Source: Vicinamibacterales bacterium | Lineage (GTDB): Bacteria > Acidobacteriota > Vicinamibacteria > Vicinamibacterales > JAMQPK01 | Direction: 5' to 3' | NCBI GenBank assembly: GCA_963850295.1 | Contig: CAWKKU010000014.1 | Span: 334,010-398,009, forward strand | DNA: 64,000 bases | Shown here: positions 28,990 to 38,974 of the stretch, in pieces | Numbering within the stretch: position 1 is the first letter of the stretch | How the letters are laid out: each line of letters starts with the position of its first letter | The notes under the pieces: model-generated | Database searches by the model: none | The model's input: the letters and a program-made list of their open reading frames with translations, nothing else | Told to the model about the DNA's origin: nothing | Program-made: the position numbers and the translations under genes

Positions 28990-29994
28990 CTAAGGCTTCC
29001 TCGCATACATCCGAATGTTCTTGCCCCATCCGGAGCCATTGATCAGGAACTGCAGCTGGTGCCGAAACGATCGGGCGAACCCCATATCGTGCCGGCCGGT
29101 CTCTTCGAAGAACCAGATCATGTCTTCGACATCGAGCCCCTGCGTTTCGGCGTGCTCTACTTTGAATCCCGCCCGCTGGAGCGCCCCCGCGAGCGTGTGG
29201 ACCGTGAAATAGGTCAGGTGGTTCGATCCCCAGATGAAGTGGGCATCCAGGCCCATGATCAGGCGCGAGGCGCATTCGAAATTCGGTGTGTACAGGAATA
29301 ACATGCCGCCTGGCCGCAGCAGCCGATATGACTTCCGTAAAATGGCCATCGGCTGCTTCACATGCTCGATGATCTCGAACAGCGTCACGGCATCGAACGT
29401 CCCCTCGGGAAACGTGGTGTCTTCAATCGTTTCGTTGCGCACGTCGAGATCGGACTGCCGCGCGAAGTCCGCCTGAAATGGATTCGCCTCGACGCCCGAG
29501 GCGATCCAGCCCGCATCCTGCGCCGCCCTGACGAAAAATCCGGTGGCGCATCCGACGTCGAGCAGGCGCATCGCGCCGCGGCGCTGCGGCCGCAGAAACC
29601 GGTCGATGATCTCGACCCGCTCCTTGCCGAACCGCTCGCGCCGGTATTCATCGCTCGGTTCCATCAGCGCGCGCGTCAGATCCGAGTAACTTTCATGCTT
29701 GTAGACCTGGCGGACGTGTTCGTCCCGAAGCGCCGGATTCACGAAGACGAGGGCGCAACCGGCGCACTTCACGAAGCGGAACCCTTCCTTGTGGAATTGC
29801 ACCTCGTAGTCCGTTCCCTCACAAACCGGACACGCAATCTCCTCGACGAACTCCGGACGCACCCGGCCGGCTTCGTCCACGTAGACGCGCATCCGTTCGC
29901 GACGGATCTCGACCATCCTTCCGTATGCCTGATTGGGACGGAGTTTCTCGATATCGATCGGCAGGTAGTCTTCGAAACGCGCCGACTGGCTCAT
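28990..29994 (-). CDS. Class I SAM-dependent methyltransferase with N-terminal Cys4 zinc-ribbon
   Basis: 334 aa. CPVCEG...CAGCALVF; LLDVGCATGFFVRAAQDAG; FDAVTLFEIIEHVKQP; LRPGGMLFLYTPN. ATGA overlap upstream. Confidence 0.75.
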   Translation of the reverse strand: MSQSARFEDYLPIDIEKLRPNQAYGRMVEIRRERMRVYVDEAGRVRPEFVEEIACPVCEGTDYEVQFHKEGFRFVKCAGCALVFVNPALRDEHVRQVYKHESYSDLTRALMEPSDEYRRERFGKERVEIIDRFLRPQRRGAMRLLDVGCATGFFVRAAQDAGWIASGVEANPFQADFARQSDLDVRNETIEDTTFPEGTFDAVTLFEIIEHVKQPMAILRKSYRLLRPGGMLFLYTPNFECASRLIMGLDAHFIWGSNHLTYFTVHTLAGALQRAGFKVEHAETQGLDVEDMIWFFEETGRHDMGFARSFRHQLQFLINGSGWGKNIRMYARKP

Positions 29995-31544
29995 CGCACT
30001 CCAGCCTGAACGCCGGCGTCGATTTCGTGGACGAGCCCCAGGGCCTCCCGGGCGCGCGCGCAGGTGTACCGCACGAATGTGTCGAATTCGACAGCATCGC
30101 TCTCGCTGCCGTACCGGCCCTGTTTGTTCAGATAATGCGCGTAGAAGTTCATCGGCACCGAGGTCTTCATACAGGCGGCGACGAATTGCACGAGAGCCAG
30201 GCGATCGTAGCGGTAGCTCGACAGCGCTTCCTGCAACGCTTCACCGATGCGCGAGGGTTCCGTGACATGCCGCACCATGGTCGATGGCAGGAGCGTATAC
30301 AGGGGCGTGCCGAGCGAGATGACCGGCTTGCGCGCAAGCACGCCTTCGAAGCCGACAAACGACCATACCGCGGCGATGGCCGCAGCGTGCCGGACAATGT
30401 CGCTCGATTCGACCTGCGAATCGACGATCTTCAGGTTGGGGATCCGCAACAGTTTTTCGTAATAGCCGGGCGGCCGGTAGCCAATGGACCGGGGATGCTC
30501 CTTGGTGACGACGACCATGCCGGCCGGAAGGCTGCGTGCGAGGTTTCTGATCGTCTCGATCTGATTGACGTACGCGCGGCCGTGAATCGACAACGCGACC
30601 TCGGGTTCGGCGTGCAGCGGGTAAAAGACGTAATCGAGATTCGGCAGGTCCGCGGCGCTGACATAGCGTGACGACAAATAGCGTCTCACCCGGAATCGTC
30701 TCAGTGGAGCAAGAATGCGGTGTTGCACCTGCAACAACAGCGGCGACTCGACATGATTGTCCTCGGCAGCCGGGCTCGTCCGGTACGCATATTCGGCGCG
30801 CAGCAGTCGCCAGATCGACCGCCGCGGTCGCTGAACCGCCACACGGCCCGGAATGGCAATCATGCCTTCATGACGAACCTCGCCGCCTTCGGCGTCGTCA
30901 ATGTACTGTGCGGCTTCCGACAGCCATTCGTCGACAACCCCTTCGCGGTACTCGTCGTACGCACGCCGGATGTTCGGTGGCCGCCCGAAGAACCCGTCCA
31001 TCCAGCACATGAAGTTCTGAATTTTCGTCGGGTAGAAAAACAGGCCGGGCACCGCCCGCGAGCGGGCCACCATCCAGATCAGGTATTCACCAAACGTGAC
31101 GGGCACGAGCCCGAACAGCAGATCGGGTTTCACCCGATCGAACCATGCCTCGATCTTTCGCAGCGCAACGGTCAGAATCCGCAGAAATTCATCGTGGGTA
31201 AAGCGCGGCCGGTAATCCTGCCGCTCCTTGCACCAGCGCCCCTGCATCATGCGCCGATCGCACACCAGCGCATCCCACAACGGACCGCACGCCATTTCGC
31301 GTTCGCGGCGGGCAAGCCATGCGACGTCGGCGGAGGCCGAACGTGCTTCGCGGAGGATCTCCCATTCGGACAGCACGTGGGGTTCAGAGCTGAACGCCGG
31401 TGTTTCGCCGACAAAAGTCTGGTGAAACTGCGCTTCGCACACGTAAAAACCACGGCGCTCCAGGGGAAGCGCCGGAGCCAGCGCATTGGCGAGCCGGTAG
31501 TGAAATCGCAGGCCGAGACCCTGTGTCGCAAATATCGCGTTCAT
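29991..31544 (-). CDS. Capsule polysaccharide biosynthesis protein family (KpsS/KpsC / Capsule_synth-like)
   Basis: Start ATG 31544, 2 nt after the upstream TAA. YVFYPLHAEPEVALSIHGRAYVNQIETIRNLARSLPAGMVVVTKEHP...AVWSFVGFEGVLARKPVISLG. The intact paralogue of the broken gene at 52250..53781. Confidence 0.6.
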   Translation of the reverse strand: MNAIFATQGLGLRFHYRLANALAPALPLERRGFYVCEAQFHQTFVGETPAFSSEPHVLSEWEILREARSASADVAWLARREREMACGPLWDALVCDRRMMQGRWCKERQDYRPRFTHDEFLRILTVALRKIEAWFDRVKPDLLFGLVPVTFGEYLIWMVARSRAVPGLFFYPTKIQNFMCWMDGFFGRPPNIRRAYDEYREGVVDEWLSEAAQYIDDAEGGEVRHEGMIAIPGRVAVQRPRRSIWRLLRAEYAYRTSPAAEDNHVESPLLLQVQHRILAPLRRFRVRRYLSSRYVSAADLPNLDYVFYPLHAEPEVALSIHGRAYVNQIETIRNLARSLPAGMVVVTKEHPRSIGYRPPGYYEKLLRIPNLKIVDSQVESSDIVRHAAAIAAVWSFVGFEGVLARKPVISLGTPLYTLLPSTMVRHVTEPSRIGEALQEALSSYRYDRLALVQFVAACMKTSVPMNFYAHYLNKQGRYGSESDAVEFDTFVRYTCARAREALGLVHEIDAGVQAGVR

Positions 31545-31546
31545 GG

Positions 31547-32236
31547 TTACGCGCGGCCCTCCGCCACAGCGTGCACCGCGCCGAAACGGCTGAAACATTC
31601 GCGTGTCACGAAACCAGCCGCCTCCAGCTCACGCGTAAGCGTGTCGGTCGTATATTCGATCTGGTGATCGGCGTGTAGGCGCCACGGAAGGCCGAGCTCC
31701 CGTCTATAGGGGACAAGCCAGTCACGATCGATCGCGGGCACACGAATGAGTAAACGCCGCCCGCGTTCTCCGCATTTACCGAGAAACGTCTGGCGATCCG
31801 CGATGTGTTCGAGCACGTTGCCCAGCAAGATGACGTCGAACTTCTCGCTGTCAGGAATATCCTCGATCGTGCCGACGCGGTACTCGACATTGCTCCGGGT
31901 TCGCTCGCGCCGCGCGCGCTCGACCGCCTCCGGCCGAATCTCGATGCCGACCACGAACGAAGCGCGCTCGGCAACCGCCACAGCGTTGTGGCCGTAAGCC
32001 GCACCCACGTCGAGCACGCGATCTCCCTCGCGAACGTGGCCGGCAAAGAACTGACGGGCATCGGTAACACGGTGCCGCGGGTGACTGTTCCCTTCCGTAA
32101 TTTTGATGACGCCCAACATGAAGAAATACAGCCAGTCATGGAGACGCAGCAGCCATTTCACGCCACGGCGATCGGGCAGTGCGGCCAGACGGCGCGTGAG
32201 CCAGCGCCCCGCTACTGCCCTAGGCCTCGCCGCCAT
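31547..32236 (-). CDS. Class I SAM-dependent methyltransferase
   Basis: 229 aa. VLDVGAAYGHNAVAVAERASFVVGIEIRPEAVERA...FDVILLGNVLEHIADRQ. Confidence 0.7.
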   Translation of the reverse strand: MAARPRAVAGRWLTRRLAALPDRRGVKWLLRLHDWLYFFMLGVIKITEGNSHPRHRVTDARQFFAGHVREGDRVLDVGAAYGHNAVAVAERASFVVGIEIRPEAVERARRERTRSNVEYRVGTIEDIPDSEKFDVILLGNVLEHIADRQTFLGKCGERGRRLLIRVPAIDRDWLVPYRRELGLPWRLHADHQIEYTTDTLTRELEAAGFVTRECFSRFGAVHAVAEGRA

Positions 32237-33392
32237 GTTCGTAGGTCAGCCGCTTCTGAACCGACACGTGCACCTTCGACAGCACTTCGGCAATGCGCTG
32301 CCCGGCGCAACCATCGCCGTAAATCAGCTCCTGCCGGTACCTGCCATGCCCCACCTGGTCCTCGATCGCCGAAGCGATCGCGGCACGATCGTGACCGACA
32401 TCCACAACGTTGTGGCCGCGTTGTCTGGACTGCTGGCGCGAGCCGATGTTGACCGCCGGCACACCGATAAACGACCCCTCGCGGATGGCACTGCTCGAAT
32501 TGCCGACGAGGCAGGCGGTTCTGTTCATCAACCGGATGTACACATCGGGCGGCAAATTGATGAACAGATGGAGCCATTGAGGAGCATGCCGCTCACGGAA
32601 TGTCCTGATGCCCTTCGCGATTTCATCCGATCCGGCGTCGGAGTTCGGCCACAGCATGATCGTCGGCATTTCGAGCGAAGCGAGGGCCCACAACGTCTCT
32701 TCGATCTGGCGGCGGGCGTCGCCATATTCGGTCGTCACAGGATGCTGACTGACCAGCAGAAACGGCTGATTGAGGTCGAGATCCGGTCCCACCCCGCGAT
32801 ACTGCGCGAAAAAATCCGGCGGCAGCTCGCCGTCGCTGAGGATCTCCTTTACGAGATCGATGCGCGGGCAGCCAACGAGAAACACGCGGTCCCGCCGCTC
32901 ACCCATCCGGATGATCCGCTCGGCGCTCTCAGCATTCGCAGGGAAGTGCACGTGGGCCAGTTTCGTCACCGCGTGCCGCACGCTCTCATCGATCGTCCCG
33001 GTAATCTCCCCTCCCATCGTATGCGCAATGGGGATGTTCATGTATGCCGCCGCCAGCGCCACCGCGGCGATCTCGAAGCGATCGCCGACAATGAGCACGA
33101 AATCGGGCCTCAGGTTGTCGAGAATGGTGGCCATCTCGATCAGCCCGAGGCCTGTCGACTTGGCCATGGTCGTCGGGTTCTCACCCTCGATCAGCATGTG
33201 AAAGGTCGCGTGGACCTCGAAGCCATCCCTGCGCACCAAGTCGATCACGCGGCCGAACCGGTCCAGCATCGCCGACGCCCCCGCGACCGTAATCAGCTCG
33301 ACATCGGGCATCGCCACCAGCGCGCGCATGACGGATTTGATGCTCGAGTAGTTGGCGCGGCTGCCGACGAAGGTGAGCACTTTTCGCGGCAT
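32220..33392 (-). CDS. neuC: UDP-N-acetylglucosamine 2-epimerase, hydrolysing type (NeuC family)
   Basis: Start ATG 33392, sharing 1 nt with the upstream TGA. KVLTFVGSRANYSSIKSVMRAL...LIVGDRFEIAAVALAAAYMNIPIAHTMGGEITGTIDESVRHAVTKLAHVHF...GNSSSAIREGSFIGVPAVNIGSRQ. The symbol is used at family level only. Confidence 0.75.
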   Translation of the reverse strand: MPRKVLTFVGSRANYSSIKSVMRALVAMPDVELITVAGASAMLDRFGRVIDLVRRDGFEVHATFHMLIEGENPTTMAKSTGLGLIEMATILDNLRPDFVLIVGDRFEIAAVALAAAYMNIPIAHTMGGEITGTIDESVRHAVTKLAHVHFPANAESAERIIRMGERRDRVFLVGCPRIDLVKEILSDGELPPDFFAQYRGVGPDLDLNQPFLLVSQHPVTTEYGDARRQIEETLWALASLEMPTIMLWPNSDAGSDEIAKGIRTFRERHAPQWLHLFINLPPDVYIRLMNRTACLVGNSSSAIREGSFIGVPAVNIGSRQQSRQRGHNVVDVGHDRAAIASAIEDQVGHGRYRQELIYGDGCAGQRIAEVLSKVHVSVQKRLTYEHGGEA

Positions 33393-35182
33393 CAGCGGTC
33401 CCCCGACCTCGCTGGCTGAGAAACCGCCTCTCTGATAGTGCGATCGTCGAGATCGAGCGTCATCGAAAAATCGACGCCGACCGGCGCGCGATGCGTCACC
33501 AGGAGAACGATCGCGTTGCGATCGATGTTCGCCCACAAGTCGCGGAGAATTGCGGCTTCGTTCTCCAGGTCCAGGTTCGTGGTCGCTTCGTCCATCAACA
33601 CCAACAGCGGTCGCTTGAGAAAGATTCGCGCCAGCATGATTCGCTGGCGCTCGCCCAGCGACAAGTGACAGCCGTCGTCTCCGATGTCCGAGTCGAGCCC
33701 CTCCGGCAATCGGTTCACGACGCCGCGCAGACGCGCCAGATCGATCGCGCGCTCGAGCTCGGCGTCCGGATAATCGGTGTCGAGGCAGAGATTTTCGCGA
33801 ATCGATCCGCGGAACAGGTATACGTTCGGCGCGAGATATGTGACAACGCTCCTGACGCGGTAGAACACGGCGTCGTCCAGGGTCTCACCGTTGATTGTGA
33901 CAGAGCCATGCGACGGCCGCAAAAGGCCGGCCGCAAGAAAGAGCAAGGTTGACTTCCCTCTCCCCGACGGGCCCTGGATGAGAACGCGGTCACCGGGTTT
34001 GAACGCGAGGTTCACGTTCGACAGCACCTGACGCCCGGCATCGTAGCCGAACGTGACGTCGTCGAAGGTCAGCGCCAGACTGCCTGGACGCGAGCTCACA
34101 GCCTCGAGATTCGCCGGGCGCGTTGACTCCGTCTCGCATACCTCGAGTACGTCAGCGATGGCGTTCACGCTCGGGGCCGCGTGCTGAACGTGTATCCACG
34201 CCTGCTGGAGCCCCGTGACGTACTTCTGGAGCCTCCCAAGCACGACCAGGAACATCAGCATGAGCGAGGCGGGCAGTCCGAACACCGTGGTGGCCAGGAC
34301 GATCATCGCCAGCAAGGCGACGTACAGCGTCGCTTCAGAACCGAGTTTGATGAACTGCTCGTTGTTCTGCTTCGTCAGCCGCCATTTCTGCCCGCGTTGC
34401 AGATCGCGCCAGAGGAGATCGAGCAGCTTCCGCTCGCCGGCCTCTATCTTGATCGTCCGGTATCCGTTCAGAATCTCCCAGACACGGCCGAGCAACGACG
34501 TCTGCACCTTAATGCGCTGCGCCCCAAGTTTCTTCTGGAGGGCGAAGCCGCGATGCGTGATCAGAAACGTGACCATCGCGATGACCACGGCCAGGACGAC
34601 GAGACCAGGCGCCATCGTGGTGGCGGCGGCCGCGAACAGAATTGCGCCGACGACGTTGGTGAGCGCGTCGAGGAGCGAAAATACGACTTTGCCGTACAGA
34701 CCCGTCTCGATCACCGCGACGTTGGCCACCCGCGCGCGGTCAAGCGTCATGGCGCGTGACGGCGTCGCTGCCAGATACGCCGCCACGATTCGGCGGGATT
34801 GCGTAATGAAACTTCGAAACAGAAACTGGGCCTGGAGATACCCGTAGACGCCCTTTGCCGCAATCGTCACGCAGAGCAACACGACAGCCGCGGTGGCGGT
34901 CAGTGCGATATAGCCCGTGTCGGTCGACAGTGCCGCCTGCAACGATGGGATGCCCACCGCGCGAAGCCTCTCCGTGAGAGCCGCTCTTTGCGTGGGTTCG
35001 ACCAGGGCATAGAGCAGAACGATGAACCCGATCTCCGCGAGCGGCGCAACCATCGAGGCGAAGACGGTCACGCTCAATCGCCATCGCGATCGGCTGAGGT
35101 CTCGCACCAAATCTTCGGCCGATCGCCGCTGGAACCCGACACGGACCAGCGTTGCAGCTGCCGTTGCGAACATCCACTTCAC
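33392..35182 (-). CDS. ABC exporter, fused permease + ATPase (MsbA-like type I exporter)
   Basis: 596 aa. Six N-terminal helices; Walker A GPSGRGKST; signature LSLGERQR; Walker B LLVLMDEATTNLD. ATGA overlap with the upstream gene. Confidence 0.85.
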   Translation of the reverse strand: MKWMFATAAATLVRVGFQRRSAEDLVRDLSRSRWRLSVTVFASMVAPLAEIGFIVLLYALVEPTQRAALTERLRAVGIPSLQAALSTDTGYIALTATAAVVLLCVTIAAKGVYGYLQAQFLFRSFITQSRRIVAAYLAATPSRAMTLDRARVANVAVIETGLYGKVVFSLLDALTNVVGAILFAAAATTMAPGLVVLAVVIAMVTFLITHRGFALQKKLGAQRIKVQTSLLGRVWEILNGYRTIKIEAGERKLLDLLWRDLQRGQKWRLTKQNNEQFIKLGSEATLYVALLAMIVLATTVFGLPASLMLMFLVVLGRLQKYVTGLQQAWIHVQHAAPSVNAIADVLEVCETESTRPANLEAVSSRPGSLALTFDDVTFGYDAGRQVLSNVNLAFKPGDRVLIQGPSGRGKSTLLFLAAGLLRPSHGSVTINGETLDDAVFYRVRSVVTYLAPNVYLFRGSIRENLCLDTDYPDAELERAIDLARLRGVVNRLPEGLDSDIGDDGCHLSLGERQRIMLARIFLKRPLLVLMDEATTNLDLENEAAILRDLWANIDRNAIVLLVTHRAPVGVDFSMTLDLDDRTIREAVSQPARSGDR

Positions 35183-36498
35183 GAGTGCGCCGCCCTCGCT
35201 GCGGCCGGCGCCCTGGATGCGCTAGCGCCGAGGAGAAATCGCGTGTACCCGGCTAATACATCGTCATCGCCAGTTTCGCCGCCCACCAACGCGTGGAGAA
35301 AGGCGCTGATACGTTCGGGAGGCGGGAGAGCCGAATCGGTGCCGCGCTTCATCCGCGCGATTGCCTCCACTAATTCGCCGGCGCTATCAACCGTCACGCA
35401 GACATTGTCGCGGGTGAAGACGGTCGGAAGATCGCTGACGAACCGCAGACAGATGACCGGTTTGCCGCGCATGATCGGTTCGATCAGGATGCTGGACATC
35501 GTCCCGACAACGACGTCGCACCAGTCGATGAGGCGCGCCGACGAGTCGCGACTGATGCGAACACCCTCCGGCCAGCGAGCGAGCGTCGTGGCATCGTTCC
35601 GCGTAGCGGGCCTGACCACGACATCCACATCCTCCATCGCCGCCAGTGCGCGAATGGCCGACTGCATGGCTTCAGCTCGATTCGCTGTCGGCTTGTCCAT
35701 GAGCAGCACCCGTACGCGGCCGTTCGCCCGCGGCCTCGACTCGAATGACAACGTTGGACTCAGCTCGAGATTCTTCTGCACCCACTCGGAACAAAATCTG
35801 GCGCTGCCGAGGACTTTCAGCTTCTCCGCCGCCACGCCGCAACGCTCGCAATAGGCAGCCTGGTCTGCATGCGGCGCGACCACGAAGTCATAGGGCAGTT
35901 TCCCGCTCCAGTCCGGCAACGTCCCTGTCTTGATCGCCTGATATCCGCGGAGCTCGCCCGTGTACACCTCCACACCGTGCGGGAGTGCGACGGTCGCCAC
36001 GCCACGGCGGCGGGCGGCCGCCAACAACGCCCCGACGTTGTGCTGATTCGGCTTGGCCCAGTCGAAGACCAGCACCGTGGCCCCTGCGCGCGCGAGCAGC
36101 CCTTCTGCCCATCTGTCATGGTACACGCGCTCGAGCAGCCACTTGTACTTCCACTCGAAGAACGGCGTCATGGTGACGGCGTGTATCCCCCGCGCCAGCT
36201 CCCCGCGGAGCCGGTCGAACCAGCGGCGTGGCCGGGGCGATCGGCGGAACGTCGACCGCCCGCACAACAGCTTCGCCAGCAGTCGATGTCCGATCGTCGG
36301 TGCGTGGTAGGCGAACTGGTAGGTGACGGTCACGCGCGGCAATGTCGACAGGAAGTTCAGACGGTAGTCGGATTCGATGTCGTATCGTGGACTCAGGCAC
36401 AGGACGAGAATCGGCTGTTGTGTTTCTCTCGACAGCCGGTACACCACTGGCGTGAGGTGATCGATGTCATTCGCTTTTCTGACGAAGAACACAATCAT
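35179..36498 (-). CDS. GT-B-like protein of uncertain function (TagF / surface-carbohydrate-biosynthesis-protein-like)
   Basis: 439 aa, soluble. C-terminal LIDWCDVVVGTMSSILIEPIMRGKPVICL resembles the donor-binding end of TagF-type and other GT-B enzymes. Similar in layout to the 44966..46438 product. No firm family motif. Confidence 0.35.
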   Translation of the reverse strand: MIVFFVRKANDIDHLTPVVYRLSRETQQPILVLCLSPRYDIESDYRLNFLSTLPRVTVTYQFAYHAPTIGHRLLAKLLCGRSTFRRSPRPRRWFDRLRGELARGIHAVTMTPFFEWKYKWLLERVYHDRWAEGLLARAGATVLVFDWAKPNQHNVGALLAAARRRGVATVALPHGVEVYTGELRGYQAIKTGTLPDWSGKLPYDFVVAPHADQAAYCERCGVAAEKLKVLGSARFCSEWVQKNLELSPTLSFESRPRANGRVRVLLMDKPTANRAEAMQSAIRALAAMEDVDVVVRPATRNDATTLARWPEGVRISRDSSARLIDWCDVVVGTMSSILIEPIMRGKPVICLRFVSDLPTVFTRDNVCVTVDSAGELVEAIARMKRGTDSALPPPERISAFLHALVGGETGDDDVLAGYTRFLLGASASRAPAAARAAHS

Positions 36499-36532
36499 CG
36501 GTCTGGAACAGGCCGAGCCTTCTGCAGCAGGC

Positions 36533-37264
36533 CTACAGTTTGCGGAAATGCGCCAGTGAGCCGCACGGATTGTGCCAGTGGAGTGAGTTGATGAAAGGCG
36601 TCTGGATGATCTCGGAGGGATGGGACCGAACGAAATCGATCACCGCGCGTTGTACTTCGTTGCCGTGGTACGAGTCGTGAAGAACGACGTGACCGCCGGT
36701 CGCGAGCAGCGGCCACCAGTTCTCGAGATCGTTACTGCATCCTTCGTACGAGTGATCGCCGTCGATGAAGAGCACGTCGAATCCGGTAACGCCCGGATCG
36801 CGCTGGCGCTGCGAATCGCCGACGATCAGTCGCACGTTCCGGCCGATTCCGTGGGAATCGAAAAACTGGCGGAGCAGCTCATCGTTGCGCGGCGCGAGGT
36901 CGATGGACCAGATGGGCACGGTGCGGTTCGCCCAGGACATGAGAAACACGCTGCCGCCGTTGAACCGTCCCGTTTCGAGAATGCCGACCTTCGCGAGGCT
37001 CGCAATCGTGAACAGATAGTCCATCTCCCACGGGTCGAGCCGGATGAATTTCGGAGGCAGCGACGATCTGGCGGGGAGCGGGTAGGTTCGGAGCGCGATC
37101 CGCGGCTTCGGGGTTTTCCCCGCCAGACGGCTGCGAACATCCTGGATCCACATCTGAAGCCTGCCCGGGTGCAGGTGCTTGCGCCGGCACGATGCGCCGA
37201 ACTGGGCGAAGAACTCCTGGTAGGTGGGCGTGCTCCTGGCAGCGCCGCCTGCTGCGTCAGACAT
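36533..37264 (-). CDS. SAM-dependent O-methyltransferase, Methyltransf_24 / CmcI-like
   Basis: 243 aa. GILETGRFNGGSVFLMS...IVGDSQ...FDVLFIDGDHSYEGCSNDLENWWPLLATGGHVVLHD. Confidence 0.6.
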   Translation of the reverse strand: MSDAAGGAARSTPTYQEFFAQFGASCRRKHLHPGRLQMWIQDVRSRLAGKTPKPRIALRTYPLPARSSLPPKFIRLDPWEMDYLFTIASLAKVGILETGRFNGGSVFLMSWANRTVPIWSIDLAPRNDELLRQFFDSHGIGRNVRLIVGDSQRQRDPGVTGFDVLFIDGDHSYEGCSNDLENWWPLLATGGHVVLHDSYHGNEVQRAVIDFVRSHPSEIIQTPFINSLHWHNPCGSLAHFRKL

Positions 37265-37964
37265 GGGGTGCGCGCGTCGCTGAAAGAAATGGGAGCGCTT
37301 CGCTCGACCCCGACGGCCCCTTGCTGTCGAGATAGGCGTGGTAGTACTTCAACCACACATCGCCGTAGGGATGGTCCTTATATCGCTCGAACCAGGGACC
37401 CCCTTCGGTGTAATGGATGAGCTGCGTGTCGTCGGCATACCGATCGAGGACGTTCCACGTAAACGGCAAATCGCCGATCTGCTCGTCAGGAATATCTTCG
37501 AACCGGTGCAGCCAGCTCGGGGGCCGTGTTTCCACTGCCTCGGGCGTCCAGAGCTTCAGCTTGGCGCAGTTCATGAGCATGAAGCTCGACCAGTTCTTTC
37601 TCGGATACACCGTTTGCACTTTGCCGTCCATTTTGACCGCTGAGGTCGGGCGGTAGTCGTGCTTGACGACACGGAGCGCCAGGTCTGACATGTCCAGATC
37701 GAACAGCGGATTCAGGTCGGCGAGCGCGACCATGTCGCAATCCATGAACAGCGCGAGACCTCGATACGCGCACAGTGACGGCACGAGAAACCTGGTAAAG
37801 GTGAACTCGGTCGATGCGAGCGGATCGTGGCGGCTGAAATTGAGTTCCGCAATTTTCAGCGGACGAATGTCGAGAGGACGTGAGGCGTGCGCCTCGATGG
37901 AATATTTGAGGACCTGATAGGCAATGTCCTCGCGACTGTCGTAGCCGATGAACACTGTATTCAT
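37257..37964 (-). CDS. Nucleotide-diphospho-sugar transferase, GT8-like (DxD)
   Basis: 235 aa. TEFTFTRFLVPSLCAYRGLALFMDCDMVALADLNPLF. A GT-A-like layout with a DxD motif (DCD). Confidence 0.45.
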   Translation of the reverse strand: MNTVFIGYDSREDIAYQVLKYSIEAHASRPLDIRPLKIAELNFSRHDPLASTEFTFTRFLVPSLCAYRGLALFMDCDMVALADLNPLFDLDMSDLALRVVKHDYRPTSAVKMDGKVQTVYPRKNWSSFMLMNCAKLKLWTPEAVETRPPSWLHRFEDIPDEQIGDLPFTWNVLDRYADDTQLIHYTEGGPWFERYKDHPYGDVWLKYYHAYLDSKGPSGSSEALPFLSATRAPHV

Positions 37965-38974
37965 GATCGCCGGACTCCTTGGCGTGCTTCTTTGGCTGGT
38001 GCGTTATTCACATTGAACCCGTATCTGAGGATGTCGTGAATATGGACGACCCCAACCGGGCTGTCGGCATGATCCAACACCAGTAGCGAGGTCACGCGCT
38101 CCCGCTCCATGTCGACCAGCGCGTCCATGCTCAAGGTTCCAACCCGCACCGATCGGACCGGCACCGACATGAGCTCCGCCGCCCGCCGGGTGTCGAGGCC
38201 GGGCCGGCCCATCGCACGCCGTACATCGCCATCGGTGATGATGCCAATGGTTCCCGAGCGTGCGTCTTCGACGATCACCAGACCCATCGCGCCGTCGGTC
38301 ATCACCTGAACGACTTCGCGCATCGGCCGTTCGCCGGCGACACGTGGAAAATCCGTGCGCATCAACTGCTCCACGGATGTCTGCAGCTTCTGGCCGAGCG
38401 CGCCGGCTGGATGCAATCCGGCGAAATCGCTGACCTGAAATCCTTTGACGCCGCTGGCCGCAACCGCGAGCGCATCGCCAAGGGCCAGCGACGCGGTACT
38501 GGACGATGTGGGCGCGAGCCCGAGCGCACACGCCTCGTCGGTCACGCCCGTTTCGAGGATGATGTCGGCGCTCGCATCGACTTTTCCTCCGCCGCGGCTC
38601 ACGATCGCAATCGTCACAGGTTTGCAGCGCCCGCGGGCCGCCGAAAGAAACGCCACCAGCTCATCGCTGTTGCCGCTGTGCGAAATGGCAACGACAACAT
38701 CGCCGGGCTGGATCATGCCCAGGTCGCCATGCATCCCCTCAATTGGATGGATGAACATGGCCGAGCAGCCGAGGCTCGAGAGCGTGCTCGCAAGCTTCCG
38801 GGCGATGGCGCCCGACTTGCCGACAGCCGTCGTCACGATTCGTCCGGAACAGCCGGCAATCGCCCGGGCGGCTCGGCAGAATCGATCGTCGAGACCATCC
38901 CGCAATGCCAGCAGCGCTGCCGCCTCGTCGGCGATTACGCGCCGCCCTTCGTGGAGGAGAGCTTCGTCAGTCAC
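37961..38974 (-). CDS. kdsD: KpsF/GutQ/KdsD-family sugar-phosphate isomerase (arabinose-5-phosphate isomerase; SIS + CBS pair)
   Basis: 337 aa; GTG start in a GTGA overlap. GRIVTTAVGKSGAIARKLASTLSSLGCSAMFIHPIEGMHGDLGMIQPGDVVVAISHSGNSDEL, then two CBS-like repeats. Confidence 0.85.
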   Translation of the reverse strand: MTDEALLHEGRRVIADEAAALLALRDGLDDRFCRAARAIAGCSGRIVTTAVGKSGAIARKLASTLSSLGCSAMFIHPIEGMHGDLGMIQPGDVVVAISHSGNSDELVAFLSAARGRCKPVTIAIVSRGGGKVDASADIILETGVTDEACALGLAPTSSSTASLALGDALAVAASGVKGFQVSDFAGLHPAGALGQKLQTSVEQLMRTDFPRVAGERPMREVVQVMTDGAMGLVIVEDARSGTIGIITDGDVRRAMGRPGLDTRRAAELMSVPVRSVRVGTLSMDALVDMERERVTSLLVLDHADSPVGVVHIHDILRYGFNVNNAPAKEARQGVRRS

